A stretch of DNA of 64,000 bases from a virus: positions 36,627 to 100,626 of IMG/VR virus record IMGVR_UViG_3300020205_001800. One strand, given 5' to 3'. Below, one piece after another: positions 47,077-55,590 of this stretch. The notes under the pieces were generated by a model. The model did not search any database and was not told the origin of the DNA. It saw only the letters and a program-made list of their open reading frames with translations. A program made the translations under genes and the position numbers. Numbering within the stretch: position 1 is the first letter of the stretch; every line of letters begins with the position of its first letter.

Positions 47077-47327
47077 TACTTTTCCCATCCTTTCTGATAG
47101 GCGAACTCGTTGTAGCAGCCTGCGCACACATAGGCGCGGGCATTCTTTTCATACTGACTGTGCATAGTGCCACCACACTCAGAGCAGGGCTTATCACCGT
47201 GCCAGAGGATAGATGACATAAGGGCTAGTGCTAGGGTGTTGGCGTTTGTTTGTGTTGGCACGACAACCTGCTTTCTACTCTCCAGATAGAGAGTGAGAGA
47301 TACATAGTGGTATTCCATACTCGCCAC
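47076..47327 (-). CDS. Zinc-ribbon hypothetical protein
   Basis: CSECG...CAGC. Confidence 0.55.
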   Translation of the reverse strand: MASMEYHYVSLTLYLESRKQVVVPTQTNANTLALALMSSILWHGDKPCSECGGTMHSQYEKNARAYVCAGCYNEFAYQKGWEK

Positions 47328-47801
47328 CCATTTACAGGCATAGAGCCCATGGTGGTATCTAGTAACAACAGGAGTATTCTGCCCACTATGTATCTTCCAC
47401 CGACTATCTGATAACAGCAGGCCGAGCCTAGCCCAGACCTGGTTGGTCTCTCAATGCTCATAGTTGTGGAGTTTGTAGTAGCCAAACTATCTATGATGTG
47501 AGTTATGTCTCAGTATGTGGAAAGAGACCCTAGCCAGAACTAACTGAAGGGCTGACTAGGGTCTCTCGACAGAAGACACGATTTCTTTCTCTTACGGGGG
47601 CGGGCTAACGATTGGCTTGCGCACTTCCATAGCTCTGCGAGCATAGGTCTGACTGCTACCTATACCGATACTCTCGTATCTACCGAGTTGATTCGGATTC
47701 CCCTCTTACCATAGGGCTAGTAACTCCCTATCTACGCCCATAGTTATGTATGGACATAGATAGGGGCGGGGACATAAGCCCCCGCCACTACCCATTACCG
47801 A

Positions 47802-48302
47802 TTACAAAGCAGCGATGATAGCCTGCTTTTCCTCTTCGGTGAATGTAACACCCTTGGTTTTGAGATTACCAAGGGACTTGACCAACGCAGCAGACTTAGC
47901 CTGCGCTAGTGAACCGTCTGCAATAGATGCAAGCAGAGCGGTCTTAGCCTCGTCAGCAAGACGAGACTTGAGTGCGACGAGACGACCGAACATGAGTTCC
48001 TTGTCGCCTGTTGCATCGAACGTGCGCCATACCTGTGCAAGGTCATCTTGCATAGGCACGAGGAACGAGATAGGCACGCCTGAGCGTGCTGAGATGAGAC
48101 CAGACAGAACAGCAGCACCTGCTGCGTCTGACTGCTTCGTGATGTGGTCATACACATCATCGAAGGTTGCCTCAGGAAAAGCCACGAATACCTTCTTGGC
48201 TTGACCTATCCCGTAGGGTGTAGCACCCTCGTTGATTACTGCCAACTCGATAGCCACGATAGGCGCGAGTTGTTCCTTCATACTTAGTGTCGTTGTGGAC
48301 AT
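47802..48302 (-). CDS. Hypothetical protein, first gene of the leftward region
   Basis: SD AAAGGA; flanked by structured leader and trailer. Confidence 0.8.
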   Translation of the reverse strand: MSTTTLSMKEQLAPIVAIELAVINEGATPYGIGQAKKVFVAFPEATFDDVYDHITKQSDAAGAAVLSGLISARSGVPISFLVPMQDDLAQVWRTFDATGDKELMFGRLVALKSRLADEAKTALLASIADGSLAQAKSAALVKSLGNLKTKGVTFTEEEKQAIIAAL

Positions 48303-48346
48303 TTAGTATCCTTTGAACATAGAGACAGGACTATCCTGTCTCTAGC

Positions 48347-48409
48347 CTTACGGCGTGCCGACCTAGCGAGTCGAACGCTAGCGAAGCACCGTGCGTCGGC
48401 GACCGTAAG
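48347..48409 (-). ncRNA. tRNA-like T-loop minihelix element
   Basis: GCCGAC..CTAGCG-TTCGACT-CGCTAG-GTCGGC-A, enclosed by CTTACGG/CCGTAAG. Confidence 0.5.
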
Positions 48410-48614
48410 AGGAAAGAAATCTTCCTTTTCTTCTTGCTCCCTTTGGGATTACACCTCTAGCAAATCAAACAGACACCCCCCACCCTTAAGACACAGGAAA
48501 CACAGGAATTCGGCAGGTGAGACGGATGGTTGGACCTATATTTCATATGACAGTGGCCAAAAATCGGGGGGTATTGAGCGTTACAGGGCAGTAGCCAGGC
48601 TCTAAACTGACCAA

Positions 48615-49064
48615 ATGGCGGATAACTTGGGCAATAGAGGCGGAATTTGGTCTCAGAACGCCGATGAAGAGGAAATTAGAGCGTTTCAGAGCGGTAGATC
48701 AGCTGCTGATTACGACGAAACCGGTCCTAAAGACGGAAAAATGCCTTATTCAGATGAATTTGGCTCTGAATACGAAGCAATCGATGCAGCAACTACTAAT
48801 TTGAACCGTCCTCGAGCTCGAAAACTGGGCTACAACGCTAGAACTAAGACATTGGTAATCATTTTCTGGGATTTCACATGGTGTGTGTATACAGATGTGC
48901 CATATGTCATTTGGAAAGATCTAAAACAAACTGACTCCACAGGGAAGTACCTAAAGATATCTGGATTAGATGATTGGGACTACTATACATTGGACAGTAA
49001 AGATGCAAATGCGTTACCTAGAACCAAAGACGGAGAGTTCCGTCAAGCTCTATCACAGCATTAG
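48615..49064 (+). CDS. KTSC domain protein
   Basis: GYNARTKTLVIIF...Y.DVP..IW..L...DSTGKY. Confidence 0.78.
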   Translation: MADNLGNRGGIWSQNADEEEIRAFQSGRSAADYDETGPKDGKMPYSDEFGSEYEAIDAATTNLNRPRARKLGYNARTKTLVIIFWDFTWCVYTDVPYVIWKDLKQTDSTGKYLKISGLDDWDYYTLDSKDANALPRTKDGEFRQALSQH

Positions 49065-49103
49065 ACTTACTCTGCTACGCTTTACACCTACGAGAGGGAT
49101 CGA

Positions 49104-49670
49104 ATGACAACGCTTGCAGCAATACAAGGAGATGGTTGGTCAGTAATTGGCTGTGACTCTCGTGCATCGGATGAAGACGGCCGATATATGGAACTTGCTA
49201 CATCTAAGGTTGTCAACAACAACGGAATACTCATTGCAGTCTCTGGAGCTTCCCGCGGTGGAAACATTACACAGTTTGGTTGGAAGCCACCAAAGCCTCG
49301 TAATGCAGAAGACTTAGATTTATTTATGACTAAGCGCTTCATACCTAGCATGCGTAAAGCTTTTCAAGAAGCTGGCTATGAAGGTAAGGAAGACGGCGAT
49401 GCAGCATGGCAAGACTCCAATTTACTCGTTTCAGTACGTGGAGTGATTTACCCAATCTTTAATGATTACTCATGGGATAGAGAAGCACGTAACGTCTACT
49501 ACGCTGGTAGTGGAGGAGACATTGCACTAGGAGCACTAGAGGCTCTCAACTTCTCGAAGATAAATACACCCGAGGCCGCCGAAAAAGCTTTGAGGCGTGC
49601 GATCGAGGCCGCTGTAAAGCACGACATCTATTCAGGTGGAGAGATCCATACATACGTACAAGAGGCTTAA
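49104..49670 (+). CDS. Ntn-hydrolase, HslV/proteasome beta-subunit-like protease
   Basis: N-terminal MTT, GCDSRAS, K, GSGGDIALGAL, DIYSGG. Confidence 0.85.
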   Translation: MTTLAAIQGDGWSVIGCDSRASDEDGRYMELATSKVVNNNGILIAVSGASRGGNITQFGWKPPKPRNAEDLDLFMTKRFIPSMRKAFQEAGYEGKEDGDAAWQDSNLLVSVRGVIYPIFNDYSWDREARNVYYAGSGGDIALGALEALNFSKINTPEAAEKALRRAIEAAVKHDIYSGGEIHTYVQEA

Positions 49671-49730
49671 ATCCTGCCATCATATGGGGGTTCGAACGAA
49701 CAATCACATTGATCAGTGAGGAAAATATAA

Positions 49731-50792
49731 ATGTCAAGTTACAACCTACCCGCGGCCGTTGGGTCTGCTAATGCTACTGGAGCAGAATCCGTAGCTATTG
49801 CAGCACAACCAGGCGGAACTAACAACAACGGTAATGCTACCGATTCAGCAGGAAACCTCCGTGTAGATTTTGTTTGGGGATCTCGCCCAGCTCTACCAAA
49901 TGACGAGCGTGCTGACGGAACACCTACTATTACTACAGCTTACGGCGCAGCGCAGAACGCACAGTGGACTACATCTAGCACAATTGCTAGCGCACGCCTA
50001 AACCCAGCACTTGGAAACCATTCAGATATCGAAGCTGAGTGGGCTGACTTCCCTTCATTTACAGAAGCAGCAGGTAACTACATGGTTACAGACGCTTCAG
50101 GTAACGGAACAACTGTTACTTACACATCGCAGAACAAGCTTGCTGCAGGAGATGTTGTAAACATCACTGGCCTTACAGCTTCAGCTTACAACCTATCTTC
50201 AGCAACAGTTGCTACAGCTGATAAGCTAAAGTTCACTGTTACTAACGCAGCTAACGCTGGTCTTATCACAGGACAGTGGTACGGCAAGGTAGAAAAGACA
50301 ACAGCTCGTTCAGCAGCTGACGGTGCAGGCGTACCTTACATCGTAGTACCTTCAGTAGTTGGTAACACTACAGCAGTAGCCCTTGACACACTTAAGGATG
50401 CTGGTTACGAAGCAGCTAACATCACTACAGCTTCAGCAGCTACAAACGCAGCTATCTCAGTAACTGCAGCAGCTCGTACAGCTGGTTCAACAACTGCAAC
50501 TCTTACAGCAACCGGAGCAGGCGCAGCCTTCCCAGTTGGCACAAAGATTACAGTTGCATCACTAACTGGTGATGGAGCAGCTCTTAACGGAACTTACACA
50601 GTTACAGCTAATGCAACTAACACAGTTTCATTCGTATCTTCTGCTTCAACCGTACTTGCCCTTACAGGCTTGTCTGCTGGAACAGTCGTGGGCGTTGCTG
50701 GAACAATCAAGTCTCAGACAGTTGCAGCTGGAACAGCTTCAGTTGCCTCAACAGCTACAATCTCAGTTACACCATTCGCAACAGCTTCATAA
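49731..50792 (+). CDS. Ala/Thr-rich virion structural protein with split PASTA-like domain
   Basis: VPSVVG..A...L.DAG and GTIKSQTVAAG halves; repeated beta domains. Confidence 0.6.
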   Translation: MSSYNLPAAVGSANATGAESVAIAAQPGGTNNNGNATDSAGNLRVDFVWGSRPALPNDERADGTPTITTAYGAAQNAQWTTSSTIASARLNPALGNHSDIEAEWADFPSFTEAAGNYMVTDASGNGTTVTYTSQNKLAAGDVVNITGLTASAYNLSSATVATADKLKFTVTNAANAGLITGQWYGKVEKTTARSAADGAGVPYIVVPSVVGNTTAVALDTLKDAGYEAANITTASAATNAAISVTAAARTAGSTTATLTATGAGAAFPVGTKITVASLTGDGAALNGTYTVTANATNTVSFVSSASTVLALTGLSAGTVVGVAGTIKSQTVAAGTASVASTATISVTPFATAS

Positions 50793-50818
50793 TCAACACA
50801 AACAACTTAATAGCGCAG

Positions 50819-50842
50819 AGGCCGGGAGAAATCCCGGCCTTT
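50819..50842 (+). terminator. Intrinsic terminator-like hairpin
   Basis: AGGCCGGGA-gaaa-TCCCGGCCT-TT. Confidence 0.7.
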
Positions 50843-50880
50843 GGCATTTATGTGCCACATAATGATGAGATGATTACCTT

Positions 50881-51165
50881 ATGGCCAAAGAACATCAAGA
50901 CTTTGAATTTACAAATGTCGATGGCTACCGCACTGCCGATAGGCGAAATCGCCACCCAGTTAGCGGCCTTCCCTGGTATTCCTATTTTTATGGCATAGGC
51001 TTCGGCGCACCGGGCGCGTATCCTTACACTGGATATGGCTGGGACAAGAGCCCAAACGAAACATCCCAAAACAACTACGGCGAAGGAGACTACAGTGGTA
51101 TCGGAAACGCTTCAGATGGATCAGGAGTTGGTACTGGTACGGCCGATGGAGCGGGTCCAGTGTGA
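50881..51165 (+). CDS. Gly/Tyr-rich hypothetical protein
   Basis: GATGAT 6 nt before ATG. Confidence 0.6.
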   Translation: MAKEHQDFEFTNVDGYRTADRRNRHPVSGLPWYSYFYGIGFGAPGAYPYTGYGWDKSPNETSQNNYGEGDYSGIGNASDGSGVGTGTADGAGPV

Positions 51166-51307
51166 CCAATGCCCTGCACGAGCTTATGCCCTAGTGACTT
51201 TATCCACGGGAGATTTGGCTTTTTGCCACCATCATTACAATAAAAGTGCTCAAGCCCTTACAGAACGAGGCGCGGTTGCTAAACTTTTGGACATATCGCA
51301 AGATTAA
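51146..51307 (+). CDS. Small actinobacterial-type zinc-finger protein
   Basis: CDQCPARAY...L.FCHHH. Confidence 0.7.
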   Translation: MERVQCDQCPARAYALVTLSTGDLAFCHHHYNKSAQALTERGAVAKLLDISQD

Positions 51308-51323
51308 AGGAACGGACATATAA

Positions 51324-52031
51324 ATGCCAGGACAACAAGGCGGATGGAATCTTCCACAAGCCAACTCTAATTTTAGTGGTGCTAGAGCCGCAAATCCTCT
51401 TCTTGCATTATTCGCAGGCCGTAGAGCTAACATAGACAAGCTTAATGAGCTTGAGATGGTTACCAAAGCTGGAGTGTGGGGCGCGGATCAAAAAGCCGGC
51501 AACGAAGTAAAGCATGCAAAGAAACACACAGACTTTATGGCTAACTATCAAGTTGGCGACACAATTGATGACGACGGAAACATTACAGGAAAAGCTACTG
51601 ACCCTAAAACAGGTCAGCCTATTGCAAACACAAATCATGGTTTGCCTATTTCTAAAGTTTTATCTGGTGTTCGTGTAGGACAGACCAGCACAACATTTCA
51701 GAAACTTGGAAACGAAGGTAGAGATAGTAAAGCAAATAAAAAGCGTCAAAGAGATCCGGGTGGAAAAAATCGCGGAGGCGGAAAAGGACGCGGTGGATCT
51801 ATTGCTGCAACTGTTGCTGCTGTAAAAGCTGGACACGTTGACTTTGAGCAAGCTACTGGTGGCGAGTTTGGTGATGAACACGGTATTAGTCCAAAGCTAA
51901 CCGCAGACTTTGGTGCACACGTAGCTGGAGGCGGAAATCAAGAATCATACTTAAATCAATTTGGAGATAGCGGTCGCCGTCGTCGTACAAAAAACACACC
52001 GCCACCAGGCAATAACGGAGGAAATTCATAA
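51324..52031 (+). CDS. Gly-rich hypothetical protein
   Basis: ORF track with SD. Confidence 0.7.
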   Translation: MPGQQGGWNLPQANSNFSGARAANPLLALFAGRRANIDKLNELEMVTKAGVWGADQKAGNEVKHAKKHTDFMANYQVGDTIDDDGNITGKATDPKTGQPIANTNHGLPISKVLSGVRVGQTSTTFQKLGNEGRDSKANKKRQRDPGGKNRGGGKGRGGSIAATVAAVKAGHVDFEQATGGEFGDEHGISPKLTADFGAHVAGGGNQESYLNQFGDSGRRRRTKNTPPPGNNGGNS

Positions 52032-54964
52032 TGGCTAGATTAAGTCAAGGTTACGTTGATGATTTTGGACAAGAAGACGTCGATCGTGCAGCTGCAACAG
52101 CGAAGATGGATAGAGAAACTAAGCCATCTCTTCGTCGTGTAGCGTTAGATCCTAACGCTCCAAAAAAAGCTCGTCGCCTCAAAGCTCAAGCTCGTCTAGC
52201 TAAAATAAAAGCTTTAAACCAACCTGTAGTAAAACGTGTAGACACTCCAGCTCCACAACCAGAGCCAACTTACGGTGGACGTCCAGCACCTGCTGGATCT
52301 CGAATTGATGAGTTCCACATCTCAGATCAAGACCTTGCAAAGTCAAAAGTAAAAATTCCTAAGAACCCTGCTGAACCAGGTAAAGATCAAGTTTTAGATG
52401 CTTACGCGTCAACAAAGAAAAGAAATTTAAAAGAGTACGGTCAAGAGACTGAACCGCTAACGGTTGTTAAACAAAGATTAGATTCAGCTAATCAACCAAA
52501 GTTAAACGGCAAGCCTGTAATGGGTCCTAAGACTGAAGAAGAAGCTTCACGTAAGCCATTCTCATCTGAAGATTTAACGTATGCACTAGCTACAGCAGAA
52601 TCTGATGGAGACAAGGGCCAGATCGCTAGCGTTCGTGGGCAACTTACTGAAGCTACTGAAAGAGAATCAAATACAGCTGGAAGAATTGATGCTATTAAAA
52701 CTAGAGCCGAAGCTGGTCAAAAAAACAAAAAGGATGCACAAAACCCCGGCATGCCATCTTACGTATGGGATTCTAAAGCAGATAAGTTTGGTACACGTGG
52801 ATCACGTGGGAAGATTACTCACGTTAGTGATGAACAAGACGACCTCATTCGTGCAGAACTAACACGAAAAGCAGATCAACCAACTCTTGGTAAAGGTGAA
52901 GTCGGTCGTGATGGAAATAAATTTGAACCTTCTACAACAGACTGGCAAGGACAAAAACCTTCTCGCGCTGAAGTAGAGGAAGGTGCAGCAGGACGCGCTC
53001 AACGCGGACCTCGCACTAGTGCTGGAGAAGTTACTGGCAACCGTATTACTAACGAGGGCGGACCAAAAGCGGGTAAGCGCTTCCGTCAAGCTCAGTCGCA
53101 GCAAGATCAGTATGATCGGTTTACCAATACTGAAGAAGGCTATGTAGACAAAGACACGCCTGAAGTATTAGAAAAGCAAGCTCAACTTCTTGGTTCAGAT
53201 GTAAACGACCCAACCTACAAAGCCCCAGGCTCTGCTACAGAGCACCGTGCACGAGCTCGTATTGTTGTACATGGTGGGGTTAAAGAAGAAGTTGTAAAAG
53301 AAATCAAGGGGCAGGAGCTACTTGATCTTCATGACACAATAATGGATAAAAAGCGTTTTGAAGAAAGCCGAGTTGGATCGGGAAATGAAGATGTGTTTAG
53401 CCATGAAAGCGGACACATTAAACCTGGCGACCTTATGGAAACTGGAAATAAACTTAACGGCGTAAATGAAGAGCGACCAGTACCAATTGGTACTGTATTT
53501 AAGCGTAGTAAGGCTGAACTTGGTTCTGGTGCTGGAGAACTTGTAACTTCAAATGCCCCAGGATCAGATTACACTGCTGGAGAAATCCGCCCACTAAGTG
53601 GTTTTGAAGGCCACACACGCGAACGCAGAATGAACGCAGATGGTTCGTTCCGTCACGTATGGGTAGAAAACAAGCTTCCTGCAGATATCCAACACGCTTC
53701 AGATAGAATTGTTGAGAGCGTCAATAAGTTTGGTGGATTTAAACCTAAGAGAGCTGACAAGCTACGTCGTAAAACACGTGCTGAGGCTGATAAGCAAAAC
53801 GCAATAGCAGGCGAGACAGAAGAGTATGGTGTTGACAAGCGTACTCGTAACCGTGCTGCTGGCGGCGGTACCGGAGCAAATGTAGATCTTTCAGCTAAGA
53901 ACCAAGCAGAGATGCGTGCTCGTGGCAAATTTGCTTTTGGTGAAGTAGAAGATGCAGCAACTATTGAGCAAGCTCAACCTACTACAAGCGATTCAATACT
54001 ATCTAGAGCAACACATGCTAAGAAAGCTAAGCGTCTTACAAAGGTACTGGCATCTGCTAACGTGCACTTGGGAGAACCTCCTAAGGCATCAGAAGGATTA
54101 GTTCGTGACGAGAAGTTAGAAACAGCTCCTGGAGCAACTCCTCAGGTTGAGGATGGAGAGCGTTTCAGAGCAGCGGTAGCAGCGGCACCTACTTGGTCAC
54201 GTAAGTCACGACAATTTACTGGAGCAGTTGGACCTACTATTCCTGGTACAGGAAGATCTACTCGCGTATCCCTAAGAACTCTAGAGACTCCGGTAGAAGA
54301 AGGTGGTCTTGGAAAATCTACAACTTCTGGCGCAACCGCAGCACAAGAAATTCAAGATGGTCCCGTAGACCGTTCACGTGGAGATAACAATCCATTTACT
54401 GGCCGCGTTGGGACTGAAGGAACTAGTTTTGTTCCTGCCATGGACACAGTAGTAGTTCGAGGTGGAGAACGACCTGTTCTTAGCCAACAAATGCAACGCG
54501 CAGCGTTAGCATCTACACCCGTTGCCGCTACTCCAGCTGCACCACGCAAAATAGTGTCTACTAAACGTAAGTTGAGTTCTAAAGAGAAAGCTGCTGTTGA
54601 TGCTACAAAGGCAGATGACTCTAAGATGCTAGTAACTCGTGGTGGTGGTGGTGGCCGCGGTAAGGGGCCTATCAAGCTTTATAACCAAGGAGATCGCGTA
54701 GTTCACGCTGTACTGGGCGCTGGAAAGGTTTACGGACAAGATAGCGATGGCGGTCTTTCAATTCACTTTGATCAAGATCCAACAGTACGTATGGACAACA
54801 TTTCTCATAAAGAAGTGAAACAAGAAAACAGCGGACCTGTTGAAATACCAACTAGAGGACGTCGTGCAAGCCAACCTATTAAAGAAACAGCGGAACCTTC
54901 AGAAGGCCCGCTAGATCTTAAGGACGATGGCACAACCCCACTAGATAAACGTTTTGAGAGATAA
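52031..54964 (+). CDS. 977-aa low-complexity protein with C-terminal Tudor-like module
   Basis: Hydrophilic, Cys-free; GDRVVHAVLGAGKV...IHFD. Confidence 0.7.
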   Translation: MARLSQGYVDDFGQEDVDRAAATAKMDRETKPSLRRVALDPNAPKKARRLKAQARLAKIKALNQPVVKRVDTPAPQPEPTYGGRPAPAGSRIDEFHISDQDLAKSKVKIPKNPAEPGKDQVLDAYASTKKRNLKEYGQETEPLTVVKQRLDSANQPKLNGKPVMGPKTEEEASRKPFSSEDLTYALATAESDGDKGQIASVRGQLTEATERESNTAGRIDAIKTRAEAGQKNKKDAQNPGMPSYVWDSKADKFGTRGSRGKITHVSDEQDDLIRAELTRKADQPTLGKGEVGRDGNKFEPSTTDWQGQKPSRAEVEEGAAGRAQRGPRTSAGEVTGNRITNEGGPKAGKRFRQAQSQQDQYDRFTNTEEGYVDKDTPEVLEKQAQLLGSDVNDPTYKAPGSATEHRARARIVVHGGVKEEVVKEIKGQELLDLHDTIMDKKRFEESRVGSGNEDVFSHESGHIKPGDLMETGNKLNGVNEERPVPIGTVFKRSKAELGSGAGELVTSNAPGSDYTAGEIRPLSGFEGHTRERRMNADGSFRHVWVENKLPADIQHASDRIVESVNKFGGFKPKRADKLRRKTRAEADKQNAIAGETEEYGVDKRTRNRAAGGGTGANVDLSAKNQAEMRARGKFAFGEVEDAATIEQAQPTTSDSILSRATHAKKAKRLTKVLASANVHLGEPPKASEGLVRDEKLETAPGATPQVEDGERFRAAVAAAPTWSRKSRQFTGAVGPTIPGTGRSTRVSLRTLETPVEEGGLGKSTTSGATAAQEIQDGPVDRSRGDNNPFTGRVGTEGTSFVPAMDTVVVRGGERPVLSQQMQRAALASTPVAATPAAPRKIVSTKRKLSSKEKAAVDATKADDSKMLVTRGGGGGRGKGPIKLYNQGDRVVHAVLGAGKVYGQDSDGGLSIHFDQDPTVRMDNISHKEVKQENSGPVEIPTRGRRASQPIKETAEPSEGPLDLKDDGTTPLDKRFER

Positions 54965-55146
54965 TGCCAAGGAATTTCGACTCTTTCCTAGTAGATAGAG
55001 GCGAAGAGAACCCTTACAAGTCATTGCGGCATAACGCTAGGGAATACCGAGAAACAATGACTCAGCAAGTGTACGAGAGCCACGAGCCTAGTGGGCTACC
55101 CCTTCCTAAGCCTGGAAGAGGCGCTAGCGGAGAGTCTAGTAACTAA
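54964..55146 (+). CDS. Hypothetical protein
   Basis: TAATG coupling. Confidence 0.6.
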   Translation: MPRNFDSFLVDRGEENPYKSLRHNAREYRETMTQQVYESHEPSGLPLPKPGRGASGESSN

Positions 55147-55415
55147 TGCGCTCTAGCCCTGGTCGTCCACGTAAACGTGCTCCTAGAAAGCCTTCACAGC
55201 AACCTACAAATGCTAATGTACGTCGCTTTGTAGAAGAAGGCAAAGGACCAGGCAACACAAACATTTTTGGGTATCATTGTCAAGATTGCGACAAGTACGA
55301 AACCATGATTGGCAACGCTCAACAAAAAAGAGCTATTGACAAGATGGCGCTTAGCCACAAATGCGGTAAGCCTGGGCTTCATGAAGTCCCTAAACGAAAG
55401 GACATTGATGGATAA
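55146..55415 (+). CDS. Basic zinc-binding hypothetical protein
   Basis: CQDC...HKC. Confidence 0.6.
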   Translation: MRSSPGRPRKRAPRKPSQQPTNANVRRFVEEGKGPGNTNIFGYHCQDCDKYETMIGNAQQKRAIDKMALSHKCGKPGLHEVPKRKDIDG

Positions 55416-55590
55416 CAACTTTGAGTTCTCTATAGGTGCTATTCACCAAACCCCTACGCCCGGCATGTCTAAGGAAAGCCGCATAGTACATTCAAAAAAA
55501 ATTTCTCATTCTGGTGGAGAAGAATACAAGTTTGGGTATGTTAACGACATAATCCCCTGTCCTAAGTGTAAGGATGCAACCCATGGCTAA
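55408..55590 (+). CDS. Hypothetical protein
   Basis: SD AAAGGA; CPKC. Confidence 0.5.
   Translation: MDNNFEFSIGAIHQTPTPGMSKESRIVHSKKISHSGGEEYKFGYVNDIIPCPKCKDATHG

Larger units (their letters stand above)
34667..47258 (-). repeat. Dispersed asymmetric 13-mer CCAACACAAACA(A/C)
   Basis: Minus-strand copies start (+ coordinates) at 35659, 36896, 37994, 39836, 40985, 42258, 43367, 44435, 45325, 46165, 47246; plus-strand copy at 34667; near-copies at 50793 and 55252. Confidence 0.95.

Noticed and set aside
35659-47258. CRISPR array interpretation of the repeated motif
   Set aside because: Repeats are 12-13 nt, about 1 kb apart and separated by intact genes. The only Cas-like gene is a solo Cas4-type nuclease in the recombination module.
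47231-47485. 84-aa minus-strand ORF
   Set aside because: TTG start without a clear SD and a large out-of-frame overlap with 47076-47327; coding status cannot be supported.
48357-48400. A second true tRNA gene
   Set aside because: It has no D-arm or anticodon arm and is only ~45 nt. Reported as a tRNA-like element instead.
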